Shown in pieces: positions 60,817-64,000 of a stretch of DNA of 64,000 nt. Source of the stretch: an uncultured Rhodospirillaceae bacterium (GTDB lineage Bacteria; Pseudomonadota; Alphaproteobacteria; UBA9219); contig CAYVNS010000003.1 of the NCBI GenBank assembly GCA_964453225.1, positions 29,218 to 93,217 on the forward strand. The letters run 5' to 3'. The stretch's first letter is position 1; every line of letters begins with the position of its first letter. A program made the translations under genes and the position numbers. The notes under the pieces are model-generated. The model ran no database searches and had not been told where the DNA came from. It saw only the letters and a list, made by a program, of their open reading frames with translations.

Positions 60817-62163
60817 TTATTTCTTTTTCTTCTTATCCTCGTAGGGGTTTTCGCTCTTTTTCAGTTGCCAGCGGATGGGCACGCCCTCCAGCTTGAATAG
60901 CTTTCGAAGGCCGTTGGTCAAAAAGCGCTGGTAGCTTTCCGGCAGGCGGACGTTATTGACCCACAAGGAGAACGTCGGCGGGCGGCTTTTGACCTGCGTG
61001 ATATAGCGAAGCTTTATGCGGCGTCCAGACGTGATCGGCGGCGGGTGATTGGCCTCCATATCCTCAAGCCACCGATTAAGCTTGGAGGTGGACACGCGCA
61101 TGTTCCAGATGTCGTAAAGGCGCATGGTCTCGCGCATAAGATCATCAAGCCCTTCGTTCTTCAAAGCACACATTGGCACAAGAGGAACGCCGCTGACCTG
61201 GGCGAGCGAGGCTTCCGCTTTTTCCCTTATTTGGCGCATGACGAGCTTTTTGTCTTTCACCAAATCCCACTTGTTGAGCGCAATAACCAGGGCGCGGCCT
61301 TCCTCGATGACATGATGCGCGATGACCAGATCCTGCTTGTCAAAAGGCTGCGTCGAATCCAGAACGAGGATAACCACCTGGGCCAGGCGAATAGTGCGCA
61401 AGGTTTCCGCCACGCTGAGTTTTTCAAGGCCTTCGGAAACGCGCGCGCGCCGCCTCATGCCGGCCGTGTCGACAAGACGTATGGGCTTGTCGTTATAAGT
61501 CCATGAGATGGGAATGGAATCGCGGGTCAGCCCGGGTTCGGGGCCGGTGAGCATGCGCTCCTCGCCCAGCAGGCGATTGACAAGCGTTGACTTCCCTGCG
61601 TTCGGCCTGCCGGTGACGGCGATAATGAGCTGCTTTTCCCCGTCCTCGGCCTTTTCTTTTTCCTTTACCGGCATCTGCTTTGAAAGGACCTCGTAAAGAT
61701 CCATCAAGCCTTCGCCATGCGTGGCGGAAATGGGCAAGGGATCCCCGAAGCCCAAGGAGGTTATGTCGGAAAGTTTTTCCGGCAAAAAGGTTCCTTCGCA
61801 TTTATTGGCGAGCAAAACGATGGGGCGACCGATTTTTCTTAATTCCCGCGCGATGGCGGCATCTTCGGATGTGATTCCCGCCCGCGCATCGACAACCAGC
61901 AAAATAATGTCGGTTTTTTGAAGGGCCTTTTTCGTTTGCTGGGACGCACGCGATTCGAGCCCGCCTTTGGCGCTCACAGCTTCAAGCCCCGCCGTATCCA
62001 GGATTCGAAACGTCAGATCGAAAAGATTCCCCTTGCCTTCCCGCCAGTCGCGTGTGACGCCCGGCGCATCGTGGACGATCGCCATCTGCTTGCCGACGAG
62101 GCGGTTAAAGAGCGTGGATTTGCCCACATTCGGGCGTCCGGCAATGGCGATGGTAATGGTCAT
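60817..62163 (-). CDS. der: Ribosome biogenesis GTPase Der (EngA), tandem G domains
   Basis: Two G domains ([10 protein letters not shown] / [14 protein letters not shown] x2, NKxD x2) plus a KH-like C-terminus. Confidence 0.92.
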   Translation of the reverse strand: MTITIAIAGRPNVGKSTLFNRLVGKQMAIVHDAPGVTRDWREGKGNLFDLTFRILDTAGLEAVSAKGGLESRASQQTKKALQKTDIILLVVDARAGITSEDAAIARELRKIGRPIVLLANKCEGTFLPEKLSDITSLGFGDPLPISATHGEGLMDLYEVLSKQMPVKEKEKAEDGEKQLIIAVTGRPNAGKSTLVNRLLGEERMLTGPEPGLTRDSIPISWTYNDKPIRLVDTAGMRRRARVSEGLEKLSVAETLRTIRLAQVVILVLDSTQPFDKQDLVIAHHVIEEGRALVIALNKWDLVKDKKLVMRQIREKAEASLAQVSGVPLVPMCALKNEGLDDLMRETMRLYDIWNMRVSTSKLNRWLEDMEANHPPPITSGRRIKLRYITQVKSRPPTFSLWVNNVRLPESYQRFLTNGLRKLFKLEGVPIRWQLKKSENPYEDKKKKK

Positions 62164-62175
62164 ATAAATTTCCGC

Positions 62176-63498
62176 CTATCGCAACGCGACAAGACTACCC
62201 TGATCGGTGACGACATAGTAGGTCCGATCCATAACAATGGGCGCGATATACATGGGCTGCCCGACATCGACGCTGTCGTAAGGCACCCCGGTTTCGGGCG
62301 CAAAAGCCTGCATCAGGCCGAGCGAATTGACCATCCATAGTTTCCCGCCGGCGAGGATGGGGCCGGTCCAGACGATACGGGAGGATTCCTTGTCCTCGGG
62401 ATCTTCATGCTTCGCCAAAGGCTGGTCCCATAAAGCGCGCCCGTTTTCCCGCGACAAGGCAACAAGATTGCCCTCGTTGCCGTAAACGAAAACAGCTTCC
62501 CCTGCGACCACCGGCGTATTGACGCCGCCTATATCCGCCTCCCACAGCCGGTCGCCGGTTCTTTGATCGATGGCGGCCATGCGCCCGCTATTGCTGACGG
62601 CGTACACCCGGCCCCTGTCGATCACGGGCAACCCGCGAATATCGGCAATGGCCGGCATCGCCCCCATTTGAGCGACGGCCGAGAGCGAATAGCTCCATAA
62701 AACGCGGCCGTTTTGAACGCGAAGGCTATATAATTCGCCCGAATTATAAGCGGCGATAACCATATCGCCATCAACCGCCGGACTGGCGGCGCCCATCAGG
62801 GCCGCGTTTTCGGAAATGCCGGTTTGATGCCATAAAATCTCGCCCGTCGCGGCGCTGAGCGCGTGCAGTTCATTATCGATGCTGACAACATAAACACGGT
62901 CATCGGCGACGGTCGGCGCCGCGCGAAGAGGCTTGAGAAGGGCTTTTTTCCATTTAACAGCGCCGGTTTTTACATCGAGCGCATGCACTTCGCCAAAGCC
63001 TGTCGTCGCATACACCGTTGGCCCGTCGACGACGAGGCCTCCGCCAATAGACGGTTCATCGCTATCGGGCGGCGTTGTCTCGCTTTCCCAGAGCTTGTCG
63101 CCGGTCGCGGCCTCGAACGCGGCGACTTTTCCTTCGGCATCCATCGTAAAAAGAGTGCCGCGCGCGCCGACAGGACGGGCTAACAGCTTGAAATTGGAGC
63201 TTGATCCTTCGCCTATATCGCTTGTCCATATTATTTCCGGCTGCGACGACGCGTCGACATTCGGAATCGCATGCAAGGGATCGTAACCCGCATGCGGCCA
63301 AGAAAGATTGACGATTTTATCGGGCAAGGAAACGCTTGAGAATCCTTCCTTGTCGGCGCCAAGCGTTTTTCCCTGTTCCAGAATGGCGATACGCTGGCCT
63401 TTGATCGTGGAGCCGATTTCATTCCCGGATTCAGCGCACGCCGACAGCAGCGCCAAGGCTGAAAAGAGGAAAAGATACGTTGGCGCTGTTTTTTTCAT
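62176..63498 (-). CDS. bamB: Outer membrane protein assembly factor BamB (PQQ-repeat beta-propeller lipoprotein)
   Basis: Lipobox LLSACA. Repeated ...G.VYA/L...G.L.ALD..TG...W motifs. Its position between yfgM and der matches the enterobacterial hisS-yfgM-bamB-der order. Confidence 0.8.
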   Translation of the reverse strand: MKKTAPTYLFLFSALALLSACAESGNEIGSTIKGQRIAILEQGKTLGADKEGFSSVSLPDKIVNLSWPHAGYDPLHAIPNVDASSQPEIIWTSDIGEGSSSNFKLLARPVGARGTLFTMDAEGKVAAFEAATGDKLWESETTPPDSDEPSIGGGLVVDGPTVYATTGFGEVHALDVKTGAVKWKKALLKPLRAAPTVADDRVYVVSIDNELHALSAATGEILWHQTGISENAALMGAASPAVDGDMVIAAYNSGELYSLRVQNGRVLWSYSLSAVAQMGAMPAIADIRGLPVIDRGRVYAVSNSGRMAAIDQRTGDRLWEADIGGVNTPVVAGEAVFVYGNEGNLVALSRENGRALWDQPLAKHEDPEDKESSRIVWTGPILAGGKLWMVNSLGLMQAFAPETGVPYDSVDVGQPMYIAPIVMDRTYYVVTDQGSLVALR

Positions 63499-63507
63499 CG
63501 AAATTCC

Positions 63508-64000
63508 TTAGTCCAGGATGCGCAAAAGATCCGTAGCCCGGGCGGCGATGCTTTTCGGCGCGCGCTCGTCCTGCGCGAGGGCGGCGAACGTTTGCCTGGC
63601 CTTCGCTTTATCTCCCGATCGCAGGGCTAGAAGCCCGTCTTTTTCGAAAGCCGAATAACGCCAGGGGGCGCCTTCTGCGGTTAGCGGCTGCAAACGCTTG
63701 CGTAAAACGACCGCATCGCCAGTGTCGATCTGCAACTGAACGGAAAGCAGGTCGGCCAGTTGCCTGAAAACCGCGTCGGCCTTCGCGTCGGCCGCGACCG
63801 CGTCGAAGGTGGCAATGGCCTTCGCCTTGTCGCCTTTGTCGGCCGAAGAAGCCCCGGCGCGCAAAAGCGCCAAGGTTCCCAGATCGGCGCCCTTATGGGC
63901 GTCAGCGAACTTTTGCAAGGCTTCGAGGCTTTTCGAGGCCTCGGCCGACGAGGCGTCAAGAAAAGCCGCCGTTGTTTGCTGCGCGCGATCCGCGCGCCAT
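63508..64000 (-). CDS. YfgM-like TPR protein, C-terminal part (5' end outside the window)
   Basis: The frame stays open to the window edge. TPR-like helical repeats. Its position upstream of bamB is conserved. Confidence 0.5.
   Translation of the reverse strand, partial: WRADRAQQTTAAFLDASSAEASKSLEALQKFADAHKGADLGTLALLRAGASSADKGDKAKAIATFDAVAADAKADAVFRQLADLLSVQLQIDTGDAVVLRKRLQPLTAEGAPWRYSAFEKDGLLALRSGDKAKARQTFAALAQDERAPKSIAARATDLLRILD

Noticed and set aside
1-64000. CRISPR arrays, tRNA/rRNA genes, integrases and transposases
   Set aside because: No regularly spaced direct repeats were found. No GTTCGAATC-type T-loop motifs occur in the intergenic regions. No recombinase-like ORFs are present. 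The low-GC islets therefore lack obvious mobility genes.

Overview
GC-rich chromosomal segment that looks alphaproteobacterial (ctrA, rpoZ-rsh, glyA-nrdR-ribE-hemW, lpoA/rsmI-yraN, rimP-nusA-ylxR-infB, rpoN, lepB-rnc-era, purH, motAB, dnaK, thrC-pepP, prmA, der-bamB-yfgM). Most of it is conserved housekeeping synteny. Several short lower-GC islets carry ORFans and show no integrase, transposase, tRNA or CRISPR. The most unusual features are: (1) a 7-kb gene (18195..25208, minus strand) for a 2,337-aa protein with two N-terminal TM helices, a very long Ala/Gln/Glu-rich helical region and at least three ~170-aa internal tandem repeats, divergently arranged with an orphan EnvZ-like histidine kinase; (2) a ~130-bp two-hairpin element present in two copies (17183..17315 and 26905..27031) whose stems differ by compensatory base-pair changes, both sitting at convergent gene ends; (3) a receiver / Hpt-like / receiver three-gene module in which the middle protein has Ala where the phospho-His is expected in its LKG motif and the first receiver is atypical; (4) a low-GC islet next to dnaE carrying a translationally coupled XRE-regulator/formyltransferase-family pair plus two tandem paralogous small ORFs. 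All functional calls rest on reading motifs in the six-frame translation and on operon logic. No database searches were run.
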